DNA of 64,000 nt from an uncultured Candidatus Rokubacteria bacterium (GTDB taxonomy: Bacteria > Methylomirabilota > Methylomirabilia > Rokubacteriales > CSP1-6), in the NCBI GenBank assembly GCA_963758635.1, contig CAVWWD010000006.1, positions 160,001 through 224,000 on the forward strand, read 5' to 3'. Under the pieces are notes generated by a model that saw nothing but the letters and a program-made list of their open reading frames with translations, had not been told where the DNA came from and ran no database searches. This document shows positions 19,507-29,703 of the stretch, one piece after another. The first letter of the stretch is position 1. Each line of letters begins with the position of its first letter. The position numbers were made by a program, and so were the translations under genes.

Positions 19507-19748
19507 GCTCCGCTCCTCCTGGCGCGGTGCCAGGTGCTCGAGTTCGGGAAGATCATCGGCTGCACCGCGATCGGGGTGCGGTAGCGGAGACCGGTCGCCA
19601 CGCCGAACACGCCGAACCCGAGGAGCAGGCCCGCGGGGTCCATGCCGGTGATCGTGATGTAGCCGGCGAGGAACGGCACGAGCGTGCCGAGGTCGCCGAA
19701 GGCTCCTCCGAGCTCGCGCAGCGTGTAGTCGTTGCCGCCCAGGCGCAT
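19503..19748 (-). pseudogene. N-terminal remnant of a MOT1-type molybdate/sulfate transporter
   Basis: ELGGAFGDLGTLVP...PIAVQPM then similarity stops; only 81 aa. Confidence 0.65.
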
Positions 19749-19782
19749 CGCCGCTCGCCGCGCCGTCCCCTCGCGGCGACGG

Positions 19783-19814
19783 CGAGCATATTATGCTCGG
19801 CGCAGCAGAGTCAA
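19783..19814 (-). promoter_or_regulatory. Sigma70-like promoter with overlapping palindromic operator for the W/Mo transport cluster
   Basis: TTGACT-N18-TATGCT on minus; CGAGCATA-T-TATGCTCG at 19783-19799. Confidence 0.55.
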
Positions 19815-19893
19815 ACGCGAGCCCGCGACGGCTCTCGGAGAGGACGCCGCGCCCTGCCGTCGACGCGTGGTGAGGCCCGCCGCCGGGCTCGGG

Positions 19894-20697
19894 TCAGCCG
19901 CGGGCCGCGGTGACGAGGTGGCCCTCGAGCGGAATCTCCGCCGCGCCCCCCGGAACGACGAACGGGCGCAGCACGGCGCGCGCGTCGTCGCGGATCCGCG
20001 CGTACACGTCGTCGCTCATGCGCTCCCGGAGCGGCGTGCTCTCGACCTCGGTGGCGACGAACGCGTCGATGGAGGGGCACTTGACGTGCCCGAGGTGCGT
20101 GCGTCTGGCCACGACGCGCAGGCCCGCGGCCTCGATCCAGCGCCCGAGCTCGTCCGGGTCGCCGCACGCGAAGTACGCGCCGAGGAGCGCGAGGGCGTCC
20201 GGCCCGGCGTGCCGGGCGACCATCTCGACGAACGGGGCGTACGCGGGCTGGGCGGCGAGCGCGGCGGGCACGACGAGGCCGACGGTACCCCGCTCCGTCA
20301 CGACGCGGGCCATCTCGCGGAGCGCGCGGACGCGATCCGGGAAGAACATGAGCGCCATCTGACAGAGCACGACGTTGAACGAGTCGTCCGGGAACGGGAG
20401 ACTCGCGGCGTCGCCCTCGCGCCAGTCGATCTCCGGGCGCACGCGCCGGGCGACGCCCAGCATCGCGGGGTTCAGGTCGACGCCGACCACGCGCCCGTCG
20501 CCGCGCTGCGCGTCGGCCGCCGTGCGCGCGACGATGCCGGTGCCGCACGCGACGTTGAGGACCGCCTGGCCGGGCGCGACGCGCGCCACGTCGACGAGGA
20601 GCGGCGCCCACTCCGCGAAGAGCGCGGGCACGAACGTGGACTCGTACATCTCCGCGGCCGCCGCCGAGAGCTGGAACTTCTCGATGTCCGTCTGCAT
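19894..20697 (-). CDS. Class I SAM-dependent methyltransferase (UbiE-like)
   Basis: VLNVACGTG, GVDLNPAML, LPFPDDSF; GGAGG RBS. Confidence 0.88.
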   Translation of the reverse strand: MQTDIEKFQLSAAAAEMYESTFVPALFAEWAPLLVDVARVAPGQAVLNVACGTGIVARTAADAQRGDGRVVGVDLNPAMLGVARRVRPEIDWREGDAASLPFPDDSFNVVLCQMALMFFPDRVRALREMARVVTERGTVGLVVPAALAAQPAYAPFVEMVARHAGPDALALLGAYFACGDPDELGRWIEAAGLRVVARRTHLGHVKCPSIDAFVATEVESTPLRERMSDDVYARIRDDARAVLRPFVVPGGAAEIPLEGHLVTAARG

Positions 20698-20788
20698 GGC
20701 CCTGTCCTCCTCCGCCTTCGATCGGTTTCGAGCCCATCGTCGCGCGTCACGATCGGGCGCGCGTCACGCGGCAGTGTATGATTGCCGC

Positions 20789-21925
20789 GTGACCCGACAC
20801 CATGACGGGCCATCCGCTTCTCCTGCTCGATCATCCAGCCCCGAGTGCTCGCTTGATCCACCGTCCGGCGCGCTTGCTCCGGCGTCCACCGGCGCGGCGG
20901 GCATCGACCCGCTCTCCGACGTCCTGCGCGCGGTGCGGCTCACCGGCGCGGTGTTCTTCCGGGTCGAGGCGCGGGCGCCGTGGGTCATCGAGGTGCCCGA
21001 CACGTCGCGGCTGTCCTCGGTCACGCTTCCGCGCGCCCAGCACGTGATCTCGTACCACGTCGTGACGCGCGGCGCGTGCTGGGGGGCGCTCGTCGACGAC
21101 GCGCCGGTGCGGTTGACCGAGGGCGACGTCCTCGTCATTCCCCACGGCGACGCGTACGTCATGTCGATGGCGCCGGGCATGCGCGGCGGGCCCGACACCG
21201 CCGAGGTCCTCGCATTCATGCAGGCGATGGTGGCGGGGCGCCTGCCCTTCACGATCGTGGAGGGCGGCGACGGCCCAGAGAGGCTCGAGCTGGTGTGCGG
21301 CTTCCTCGGCTGCGACGTGCATCCGTTCAACCCGCTGCTGGCCGCGCTGCCTCGCGTGCTTCCCGTCCGCCAGGCGTTCGCGGCCGGCGACCCGCTCGGC
21401 CGGCTCATCGAGCTCACGATCGCGGAGTCGCAGGAAAGGCGCGCGGGCAGCGAGTGCGTACGGCTGCGCCTGAGCGAGCTGATGTTCGTGGAGGTGGTGC
21501 GCCGTCACCTCGCCGCGCTTCCCGAGCAGCAGACGGGATGGCTGGCCGGCCTGCGGGACCGCACCGTCGGCCGCGCGCTCGCGGTCCTGCACGACCGGCC
21601 GGGCGACGCCTGGAGCCTCGAGGGCCTCGCCCGGGAGGCCGGCCTCTCGCGCTCCGCGCTGGCCGAGCGGTTCGCGCATCTCGTCGGCGAGCCGCCGATG
21701 CAGTACCTCACGCGGTGGCGGATGCAGGTGGCGGCCCGCCTCCTCGCCGATGGGGAGACCAAGGTCTCGGCGGTGGGCCTCCAGGTGGGCTACGACTCCG
21801 AGGCGGCGTTCAGCCGCGCGTTCAAGAAGGCGACCGGCGTCCCACCCGCGGCCTGGCGCACCCACCACGGCTGGCCGCCAGCGCGGTCCAGCGCGCCGCC
21901 GCCACCCGGCCCGCCCTCGGGTTGA
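20789..21925 (+). CDS. AraC-family regulator with cupin domain (RclR-like)
   Basis: DPLSDVL, WSLEGLAREAGLSRS, YLTRWRM, GYDSEAAFSRAFK. Confidence 0.9.
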   Translation: MTRHHDGPSASPARSSSPECSLDPPSGALAPASTGAAGIDPLSDVLRAVRLTGAVFFRVEARAPWVIEVPDTSRLSSVTLPRAQHVISYHVVTRGACWGALVDDAPVRLTEGDVLVIPHGDAYVMSMAPGMRGGPDTAEVLAFMQAMVAGRLPFTIVEGGDGPERLELVCGFLGCDVHPFNPLLAALPRVLPVRQAFAAGDPLGRLIELTIAESQERRAGSECVRLRLSELMFVEVVRRHLAALPEQQTGWLAGLRDRTVGRALAVLHDRPGDAWSLEGLAREAGLSRSALAERFAHLVGEPPMQYLTRWRMQVAARLLADGETKVSAVGLQVGYDSEAAFSRAFKKATGVPPAAWRTHHGWPPARSSAPPPPGPPSG

Positions 21926-21978
21926 GGAGTCTCACCCCGAGCCCCCCGGGACCGCGCGTGTCTCCGCCCGGCGGGGGC

Positions 21979-22009
21979 TTGACCCGGCCCAGTTGATGCT
22001 CTAGCATCA
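21979..22009 (+). promoter_or_regulatory. vapBC promoter with autoregulatory palindrome
   Basis: TTGACC-N17-TAGCAT; TGATGCT-CT-AGCATCA at 21994-22009. Confidence 0.7.
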
Positions 22010-22014
22010 GATGC

Positions 22015-22257
22015 ATGCGCACCACGCTCGACATCGACGAGGACGTGCTCAGGGCCGCCAAGGAGCTGGCCCGCCGCGAGAAGAAGACTGCCGGCCAGGT
22101 GATCTCCCAGCTCGCCCGCCGAGCGCTCGGCGGGGAGCCCATCACGGGCGCCGTCAGGGAGCCGAAGGCCTTGTACGGCTTTCGCCCGTTCGCGCGGCGC
22201 GGCGGGATAGTGACCAACGAGACGATCGACGGGCTGCGAGACGACGACGCCTACTGA
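22015..22257 (+). CDS. vapB: VapB-type RHH antitoxin
   Basis: MRTTLDIDEDVLRAAKELAR; stop overlaps toxin start. Confidence 0.85.
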   Translation: MRTTLDIDEDVLRAAKELARREKKTAGQVISQLARRALGGEPITGAVREPKALYGFRPFARRGGIVTNETIDGLRDDDAY

Positions 22258-22685
22258 TGCGGGCGCTGCTCGACATCAACGTCCTGGTCGCGCTGCTGGA
22301 TGCCGACCACTCGCTGCACGATCGGGCGCGGCACTGGCTCGGCGAGAATATCAGGAGCGGCTGGGCGTCGTGCCCGATCACCCAGAACGGGTGCGTGCGC
22401 GTCATGGCGCAGCCGAGCTACCCGAACGCGCTGAGCGTTCGTCCCGTCGTCGAGCGCCTCCGCGAGGCGACCCGGAGCTCACACCACGAGTTCTGGCCCG
22501 ATGACGTGAGTCTGCTGGAGCCGCGCACCATCGATGCCGGCCGCGTCCACGGGCCGCGTCAGCTGACCGACGCCTATCTCCTCGCGCTCGCCGTCCACCG
22601 GCGGGGGCGCTTCGTGACGTTCGACGCGTCGGTGTCCGCGAGCGCGGTCATCGGGGCCGAGAAGCGGCACCTCGTCACCCTGTAA
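22257..22685 (+). CDS. vapC: VapC PIN-domain ribonuclease toxin
   Basis: ALLDINVLVAL, QLTDAYLLALA, FVTFD. Confidence 0.9.
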   Translation: MRALLDINVLVALLDADHSLHDRARHWLGENIRSGWASCPITQNGCVRVMAQPSYPNALSVRPVVERLREATRSSHHEFWPDDVSLLEPRTIDAGRVHGPRQLTDAYLLALAVHRRGRFVTFDASVSASAVIGAEKRHLVTL

Positions 22686-22747
22686 ACCGGGAGGCGAGCG
22701 GCAACTCGAGGCGAGCTCGACGCGACGCGATGGTCGGCGCGCGAGGA

Positions 22748-23497
22748 TCAGTGGAAGAAGACCCCCGCGTCGATGTTCAGCACCTGGCCGGTGGCGCTGT
22801 CGTTCCGGCAGAACGCCACGACCTGGGCGGCCACGTCCTCCACGTCGACCTTGCGCTTGAGGACGGCGCGCGAGAGCGCGCCCGAGACGGTCTCGGGGCG
22901 GAGCCGCGAGGTCATCCGCGTGCCCTCCATGAGGCCGGGGGCCACGCAGTTCACGGACACTTCGGGGGCCAGCGCCACGGCGAGGCACCGGGTCAGGTGG
23001 ATGAGGCCGGCCTTGCTCGTGGCGTAGCCGATGCTGCTGCCGCCGGGGTTCAGGCCGGCGACCGACGCGATGTTCACGATGCGCCCGGCGCCGCTCGCCT
23101 TGAGGTGCGGCGCGGCCGCGCGACAGATCAGGTAGGGTCCGCGGAGGTTGGTCGAGAAGAGCCGGTCCCAGACGGCGGCGTCCAGCGCCTCCAGGTCCGG
23201 GTACGGGATCGGGATGTTCCAGCCCGCGTTGTTCACGAGGATGTCGAGGCGCCCGGTCTGCGCCACCACCGACTTCACCGCGGCCGAGATGGCCTCGCCG
23301 TCGGTCTGGTCCAGCGTGACGCTCCACGCCTTCCGCCCGAGGGCCTCGACCGCGGCGCACGCCTCCTTCGCCGCGTCGTGCCGCTCGAGGTAGGTGATCG
23401 CGACGTGCGCCCCCGCGCCGGCCAGGGCCCGGGCGATGGCCGTGCCGAGGAGCCCGGTCCCGCCGGCGACGAGGGCGACCTTGTCCTTGAGGTCCAC
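22748..23497 (-). CDS. Short-chain dehydrogenase/reductase
   Basis: AGGTGLLG, NNAG, YATSK, VAPG. Confidence 0.9.
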   Translation of the reverse strand: MDLKDKVALVAGGTGLLGTAIARALAGAGAHVAITYLERHDAAKEACAAVEALGRKAWSVTLDQTDGEAISAAVKSVVAQTGRLDILVNNAGWNIPIPYPDLEALDAAVWDRLFSTNLRGPYLICRAAAPHLKASGAGRIVNIASVAGLNPGGSSIGYATSKAGLIHLTRCLAVALAPEVSVNCVAPGLMEGTRMTSRLRPETVSGALSRAVLKRKVDVEDVAAQVVAFCRNDSATGQVLNIDAGVFFH

Positions 23498-23499
23498 GG

Positions 23500-25843
23500 C
23501 TACCGCTTCGCCCCCCCGTTGCCCTTCGCCGCGACGATGCCGAGCGCGATCCGCTCCGGCGTGATCGGCAGCTCGGTGAGCCGGACGCCGGTGGCGTCTT
23601 CCACCGCGTTGGCGATGCACGCGGGGGCGGGCACGATCGGCGGCTCGCCGACGCCGCGCGCCCCGAACGGGCCGGACGGCGCGGGCACCTCGACGATGAT
23701 CGTCTCGATGTCCGGGAGATCCGCGGCGGTGAGCTTGCGATAGTCGAGCAGGCTCGGGTTGGTGAGCCGTCCGTTGTCGTCGAACAGCAGGCCCTCGGTC
23801 ATGGCCATGCCCAGGCTCTGCACCGAGCCGCCCTGCATCTGGCCCTCGACGCCGAGGGGGTTGATGGCCTTGCCCACGTCCTGCACCACCACGAAGTCGT
23901 GGAGCGTCACCTCGCCGGTGTCGGCGTCCACCTCCACGCGCGCGAGCTGGGCGCAGAAGGCTGGGGCCTGCTGGGTGAAGCTCGGCCGCGCCGTGCCGAG
24001 CACGGGCTGCACCTTGGACATGTAGAGGTTGCCCTTCTTGCCGATCGTCGCGAGCGTCACACCCTTGTCGGGCATGCCGCGCACGGTGACGCGGTCGCCC
24101 ACGATCTCCAGGTCGTGGATGGAGGCCTCGAGCTCGCCCGCGCCGATCTCGAGCGTCTGCCGGCGCGCGTCCTCGGCGGCCTGCATCACCGCGGTGCCCA
24201 CGGTGTAGATCGTCTTGCTGCCCGCGCTGAGGCCGGTGAGCGGCGCCACGTCGGTGTCGCCGGTGGTGATCTTCACGCGGTCGAGGTCCACGCCGTAGGC
24301 CGACGCGGCGATCTGGGCCAGCGCGATGTTGGTGCCCGCGATGTCGACCTGCCCGGTGAGCACGGCGAGCGTGCCGTCGGGATTCAGGCGGACGGTCGCG
24401 CTGGTGGGCTGGAGGCCGCCGAGCCAGCCGCCGAGGGCGAGGCCGGTGCCGCGGAGCCCGTGGCCGTCCTTGTTCCCGCTCGCCGCCCACGCCTTCCGGC
24501 CCTTCCAGAGCGGGTGCTGGGCGATCCGATCCAGGACCTGCTTGGCGCCGTTCGACTGCCACGGCTGGCCGTTGGCCATGGGATCGCCGGGAGCCATGAG
24601 GTGCCGCGCGCGGAACTCCACGGGGTCCATGCCGATGAGCCGCGCGAGCTGCTCCATGTGGGAGTCGATCGCGAAGATGGTCTGCGGGGCCACCGGCGCC
24701 CGGTACGCGGCCACGCTCGGCTTGTGGGTGAGGACCTCGATGCCGCGGATCTCGAACGCCGGCCACTTGTAGAGGCTGGCGAGGAAGACGCCGCTCACCG
24801 CGAGCACGGTGCCGGAGAAGGCGCCGGTGTCGAGCACGGTGTCGCCCTCGATGGCCATCAGCGTGCCGTCGCGCTTGACGCCGGCCTTGAGCTTGATGAT
24901 GACCTGGGGCGCGGGCATGCCGCCCTCGAGCTCCTCGCGCCGGGTCATGACGTAGCGCACCGGCCGGCCGGTGACGCGCGCGAGCACGGCGGTGATGGGC
25001 TCGCAGAGCGCGCGGATCTTGCCGCCGAAGCCGCCGCCGCACTCCACCGGGATCACCTTGATCTGGCTCTCGGGGATCTCGAGGATGTTCCGCCACCTCC
25101 GAGCGCGTGTTGAACGAGCCCTGCGTGCTCGCCCAGAGCGTGAGGAAGCCGGTCTGGTCCCACTGCGCCAGCACCGCGTGCGGCTCGAGGTAGCCCTGGT
25201 GGACCATCGGCACGCGGTAGGTCTTCTCGAGGATCACGTCGGAGGCGGCGAAGCCCGCGGCGACGTCGCCGCGCGCGAGCTTGTTCTGCTGCGACACGTT
25301 GGCCGCCTTGGCCGGCGCGGCCTCCGCGGTCTTGGCCACCGCCACCGCGCCGTGGGCCATGGCCTCGCTCGTGTCGGCCTCGGTGCCCGCCTCGGCCACG
25401 CCGGGGGCGCCCGGCTGCATCGACTTGAGCGGGTCGATGGACGCGGGCAGCACCTCGTACTCGACCTCGATGAGGTCGAGCGCTTCCTCGGCGATGGCCA
25501 GCTCGTCGGCGGCCACCGCGGCCACGGGCTGGCTCACGAACACCACGCGGTCGATGGCGAGCACGGCGTGGGCGCGCGTGGGCGCCTTCTTCTTGAGCTG
25601 CGGGATGTCGGCGGCGGTGATGACGGCGCGCACGCCGGGCAGAGCCTTGGCCCGGCTCGTGTCGATCCGCTTGATGCGGGCGTGGGCGTGCGGGCTCCGC
25701 AGGAGCTTGGCGTGGAGCAGCCCCTTGGGCTGCATGTCGGCCACGTACTCGACCTTGCCCGTCACCTTCTCGGCGCCGTCGGCCCGCGGGATGGCCAGAC
25801 CGACTCCCCCCTTCACGTCGCGCGTGGTCTTCATCGTCGCCAT
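23500..25843 (-). CDS. Xanthine dehydrogenase-family molybdopterin-binding large subunit (frameshift near 25090)
   Basis: LRSPHAHA, HQGYLEPH, GGGFGGK, AYRAP, EGQMQGG, GARGVGEP. Confidence 0.9.
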
Positions 25844-26415
25844 GGCGTTACCTCTTCCAGGTGTGAAGCATGCGGATCTTGGCGTCGGCGAGCGGGCAAC
25901 ACCGCGCTGCGTACCCGAGTGTCGTCTCGCCCATTCGTCCTCTGCGAGGGGGCGGCGGCCGCCGCCTCGGTGATGGCGGTGATCATCTTGGTGTACCCGG
26001 TGCAGCGGCAGAGGTTGCCCGCGATGCCGTAGCGGATCTCCTCGGGCGTCGGCTGCGGGTGCTCGGCGATGACGGCGGCGGCGGCCATGAGCACGCCGGG
26101 GATGCAGAACCCGCACTGGGGCACGCCGTGCCGCACGAACGCGTCCTGGAGCGGGGTGAGCGCGCCCATCTTCCCGAGTCCCTCGATCGTGCGCACGTTG
26201 CGGCCCCGCGCCTGGAGACCCAGCATGAGGCAGCTCGCCACCGGCTCGCCGTCCAGGTGCACGGTGCACGCCCCGCAGTCGCCGGTGCCGCAGCCTTCCT
26301 TGGGGCCGGTGAGGCCGAGCCCCTCGCGGAGCACGTCGAGGAGCGTCTCGTAGGGCCGGGCCAGGACCTCGGCGGGCTCGTCGTTGACGGTGAAGCTCAG
26401 GACCTGTTTCGCCAC
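25831..26415 (-). CDS. (2Fe-2S)-binding small subunit (CoxS-like)
   Basis: GCGTGDCGAC, QCGFC, GNLCRCTGY. Confidence 0.92.
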   Translation of the reverse strand: MAKQVLSFTVNDEPAEVLARPYETLLDVLREGLGLTGPKEGCGTGDCGACTVHLDGEPVASCLMLGLQARGRNVRTIEGLGKMGALTPLQDAFVRHGVPQCGFCIPGVLMAAAAVIAEHPQPTPEEIRYGIAGNLCRCTGYTKMITAITEAAAAAPSQRTNGRDDTRVRSAVLPARRRQDPHASHLEEVTPWRR

Positions 26416-26431
26416 GATCGCGTCCTCCGGC

Positions 26432-27295
26432 TCAGCGGCTCGCGCGCTCGAGCGCGCGGGTGAGGGTTCGACGGGTCAGCACGCGCACGAGGTGGCGGCG
26501 GAAGTCCGCCGAGCCGCGCTGGTCGCTGATCGGCTGCGCCGCGCCCACGGCCAGCTCGGCCGCCTGCTCGATCGCCGCCGGGGTCAGCGCCTGTCCCTCG
26601 AGCGCCTGCTCGGCGGCGGTGGCCCGGACCGGCGTGGGCGCCACCGCGGCCAGCGAGATGCGGGCCTTCGTGCACTTGCCGTTCTGCAGCGTGACCTGGG
26701 AGGCGACGCCCACGACGGCGATGTCCAGCTCGCGCCGCGGCGTGTGGCGGATGTAGCTGCCGCCGCTCCGCGGGCCCGGGGCGGGCACGAACAGCTCCAC
26801 GAGGAGCTCCTCCGGCGCGAGCACGGTCCGGCGCACGCCGGTGAAGAAGGACGCGATCGGCACCCGGCGCTGGCCCTTCGGCCCGGTGATCACGGCCTCC
26901 GCGTCCAGCGAGAGGAGCGGCGGCGCCATGTCCGCCGACGGCGCGGCGTTGCAGAGGTTGCCGCCGAGCGTGGCCAGGTTGCGCACCTGGATCGAGCCGA
27001 CCAGCGCTCCGCTCTCGGCGATGGCCGTGTAGCCCGACTGCACGCGGGCGTCGCGCTCGAGCTGGCGCGCGGTCACGGCGGCGCCGATCCGGAGCCCCTT
27101 CGCGTCGGCCTCGATCGCGCGCAGCGCCGCGATGCCCGAGAGGTCCACGACGAGCTGGGGCTTGGTCACGCCGTTCTTCATCTGGGGAAGCAGGTCGGTG
27201 CCGCCGGCCACCACCTTGGCGCCGGCGCCGCCGGCCGCCAGGGCCTTGACGCACTCGTCCACGCTGCGAGGAAGCGACATTTCGAACCGACGCAC
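26432..27295 (-). CDS. FAD-binding medium subunit (CoxM-like)
   Basis: AGGTDL, QVRNLATLGGNLCNAAPSAD. Confidence 0.92.
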   Translation of the reverse strand: MRRFEMSLPRSVDECVKALAAGGAGAKVVAGGTDLLPQMKNGVTKPQLVVDLSGIAALRAIEADAKGLRIGAAVTARQLERDARVQSGYTAIAESGALVGSIQVRNLATLGGNLCNAAPSADMAPPLLSLDAEAVITGPKGQRRVPIASFFTGVRRTVLAPEELLVELFVPAPGPRSGGSYIRHTPRRELDIAVVGVASQVTLQNGKCTKARISLAAVAPTPVRATAAEQALEGQALTPAAIEQAAELAVGAAQPISDQRGSADFRRHLVRVLTRRTLTRALERASR

Positions 27296-27320
27296 GTGAG
27301 ACCTCCAGGAGGGACAGAGT

Positions 27321-27334
27321 CGTAACGGGTTACG
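27321..27334. promoter_or_regulatory. Palindromic operator candidate upstream of the XDH-family operon
   Basis: CGTAAC-GG-GTTACG just downstream of TTGACT-N18-TATCCT on the minus strand. Confidence 0.45.
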
Positions 27335-27442
27335 GGGATGGAGGATACTCTGCCCGGCGAGACATAGTCAACGACCCGCGACCGCGCGCAAGACGGCCGG
27401 TCACGATGATGGACGATCGCGCGCGCGGCGCGGCGCCCGCGG

Positions 27443-27775
27443 CTACCGGCCCGGCGCGGCGTCCGGCACGATCTCCACGACGAGCCCGTCGCCCCAGCCG
27501 TATTTCGCCTCCGAACGCGCGCGCACGTCGGCGGCAAGCTCGGGCTCGACGACCGCGTCCACGACGCGAGCCTGCGCGGGAAGCTCCACGTCGCTCACCC
27601 GGACCCGCACCGCGGGCCGGGCGCGGAGGTTCTTCACCCAGCCGGCCTCCTCGCCGTGCTCGGCGACCAGGTAGTAGCGCTCGCCGCGGCGCGTGAACCA
27701 GATCTCGATCTCCCGCGGCAGGCCGCTCCGGCGTCCAGTCGTCGTGAGGTAGAGGTACTGGGGCTCGCCGGTCAC
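27443..27775 (-). CDS. Deazaflavin-dependent nitroreductase-family (DDN) protein
   Basis: LYLTTTGRRSGLPR, WVKNLRARP. Confidence 0.8.
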   Translation of the reverse strand: MTGEPQYLYLTTTGRRSGLPREIEIWFTRRGERYYLVAEHGEEAGWVKNLRARPAVRVRVSDVELPAQARVVDAVVEPELAADVRARSEAKYGWGDGLVVEIVPDAAPGR

Positions 27776-27813
27776 GGCCGTTCACCCACCGCCCGCGACA
27801 CAGGGCGGCCGCG

Positions 27814-27898
27814 GCTGACACCGGCTGTCAGCGCGGCAACCGTCGACGCCTCGGAGGTTGGTGATTTCATTGCTGTCGGATCTGGTAAGGCTCTTGCT
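27814..27898 (+). promoter_or_regulatory. Sigma54 promoter with upstream palindromic enhancer candidate
   Basis: TGGTAAGGCTCTTGCT at 27883-27898 (GG-N10-GC); GCTGACA-N5-TGTCAGC at 27814-27832. Confidence 0.55.
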
Positions 27899-27922
27899 GT
27901 TCGTCCTCGTGGGGAGAACACC

Positions 27923-28976
27923 ATGACGAGCCTGGTGATGGCCACGATCGCGATCCTCGCATCGGCCCATGGGGTGGCAGCCCAGCCGGGGGTGGCAGCC
28001 CAGCCGCCGGCGACCCGCTCCTACGAGATCCGCGGGCACGGTTCGCTCGAGATCGACGTGCCCGCGGCCTGGAAGGACTCGGTCACGCAGCCTCCGGGCG
28101 GGCGTCCCCCGAACATCTCGGTGGTGGCCGGAGGCGCCGACGACCTGCTGGTCACGGTCACCCCCGTGTGGGATCCCCGGGGCGATCGCAGCTTCACGTC
28201 GCCCGAGACGCTCCGTCGCATCGTCGAGGAGAGCGGACAGCACCTCCTGCCCAGGTCCGAGGAGAAAGCGCTCGTGCTCGAGCCGATCTCCGGGCCGAGC
28301 GCGCGCGGGTTCCGCTTCACGCTGTCCGACACGAGCGTCACGCGGCACCGCCGGCAACTATCCCTACATCACGCAGGGCGCGGTCGCCACGGGCGAGCTC
28401 CTGGTGGTCTTCTCCATCTTCCACCGCACGAAGGCGGGCCCCGAGCGCGAGGCCGCCCTCGCGATGATGGCCACCGCCCGCCAGCAGAGCGGCCCGGCGG
28501 CGGCGGCGCCCGCGCGATCCGGCCGCACCGCGCTCTCGCTGCCCGGCTACCAGTGGGCAGGGGCGCTCGACCTCTCGGGCTTCACGGTGACCGGGGACGA
28601 GATCAGCACCGAGCGGGGCACCCGGATGGTGTCGGCGGAGAGCGCCGACCGCACCGTGCACCTCTCGCTGTTCCTCGAGAAGGTGCCCGCGGCGGCCAGC
28701 GCGCGCGGCTGTCGCACGCGCTACCAGGAGCGCCTGGCCCGGAGCCCGATCATGAGGGACGTGCGCGTGCAGTCCTCCGAGACCGACGCCCTGGCCTTCG
28801 CCGAGTACATGATCGAGCGGTACGACGGCGCCACGATCAACCAGAAGCACGTGAACACCTACCTCGCCCACGAGGACGTGTGCGTGGACCTGCACCTGTC
28901 GAAGGTCCGGTTCACCTCGGGCGATCATCGGCTCTTCGTGCCCGTGGTGCGAAGCCTCGGCATCGAGCCGCGCTGA
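27923..28976 (+). CDS. Hypothetical exported protein (frameshift near 28345)
   Basis: GGGAG RBS, signal-peptide-like N-terminus, 18-bp tandem duplication (GVAAQP x2); two ORF halves. Confidence 0.55.
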
Positions 28977-28977
28977 C

Positions 28978-29392
28978 ATGCGCCGCGCCGCCGTCGTCTC
29001 CGCGCGTCCTGGCCGTGCTCGCCGTCGTCGCTTCCTCGAGCCCGGCGCAGACGCTCGATCCCGCGTCCGCGGACGCGCTCGCCCAGACCCTTCGGATGCT
29101 CCTCGATCCCGGCGCCCGGGCCGGCGCCATCGCCGGCTCCCCGGGCGCCGCCGAGCAGGACCGCGCGCTGCAGCGGCTCGCCGCCTCGCCCGAGCTGACG
29201 CAGGAGGTGTACGCGCTGGCCGGGGAGGTGTTCGCCGACCTCACCCGAGGCACGGGCGGCGACGTGACGGCGATGCTGGCCGCGCTCGAGCGCGGGCGGT
29301 CGGACCCGGCGGGCTTCGCGGCCATACTGAGCCCGCAGACGCTCGCCCATTTACGCGCGCTGGCGTCCCGGCTGGCCGACGCTCGGCAGTGA
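28978..29392 (+). CDS. Hypothetical exported protein (frameshift in signal peptide)
   Basis: AQTLDPASADALAQTLRMLL... helical body ending at TGA 29392. Confidence 0.5.
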
Positions 29393-29453
29393 GAAGCTCA
29401 AGCAACGCCACGACTTCGCGTGGCTTGAGGAACGCGCAGCGGAGCCTCGCCAC
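29390..29453 (-). pseudogene. hicA: HicA toxin 5' remnant
   Basis: LKPREVVALLE follows the hicB stop, then similarity stops before the GSH motif. Confidence 0.55.
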
Positions 29454-29662
29454 TACGCGACCTGGATCCTCTGGCCCCTGACGAATTCGGATTCGAGCTT
29501 CGGCTCGCCATCCTCGAGAAGCATGCCAAGGACCTCATCGAGGTTGCGCCTTAGCTCGTCCAGGGTTCCCCCCTGGCTGTGCGCACCAGGCCAGCCGGGT
29601 ACGTATCCAACGTACAGATTCGTATCCGGGTCGCGTTCGATCACGATGTTGAAGGTCCGCAT
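29453..29662 (-). CDS. hicB: HicB-family antitoxin
   Basis: FNIVIERD...YVGYVPGWPGAHSQGGTLDEL; GAGGAGG RBS. Confidence 0.88.
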   Translation of the reverse strand: MRTFNIVIERDPDTNLYVGYVPGWPGAHSQGGTLDELRRNLDEVLGMLLEDGEPKLESEFVRGQRIQVA

Positions 29663-29703
29663 GCGCTCATCCTCCTCTTGTCTGCACCGACGAAGCAGAC
29701 GCT

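Noticed and set aside
22748..26269. 1173-aa ORF joining molybdoenzyme N-terminus to SDR
   Set aside because: Created by the frameshift near 25090; the middle is off-frame low-complexity sequence
23500..27295. Aerobic CO dehydrogenase call
   Set aside because: Lacks the AYxCSFR form I motif
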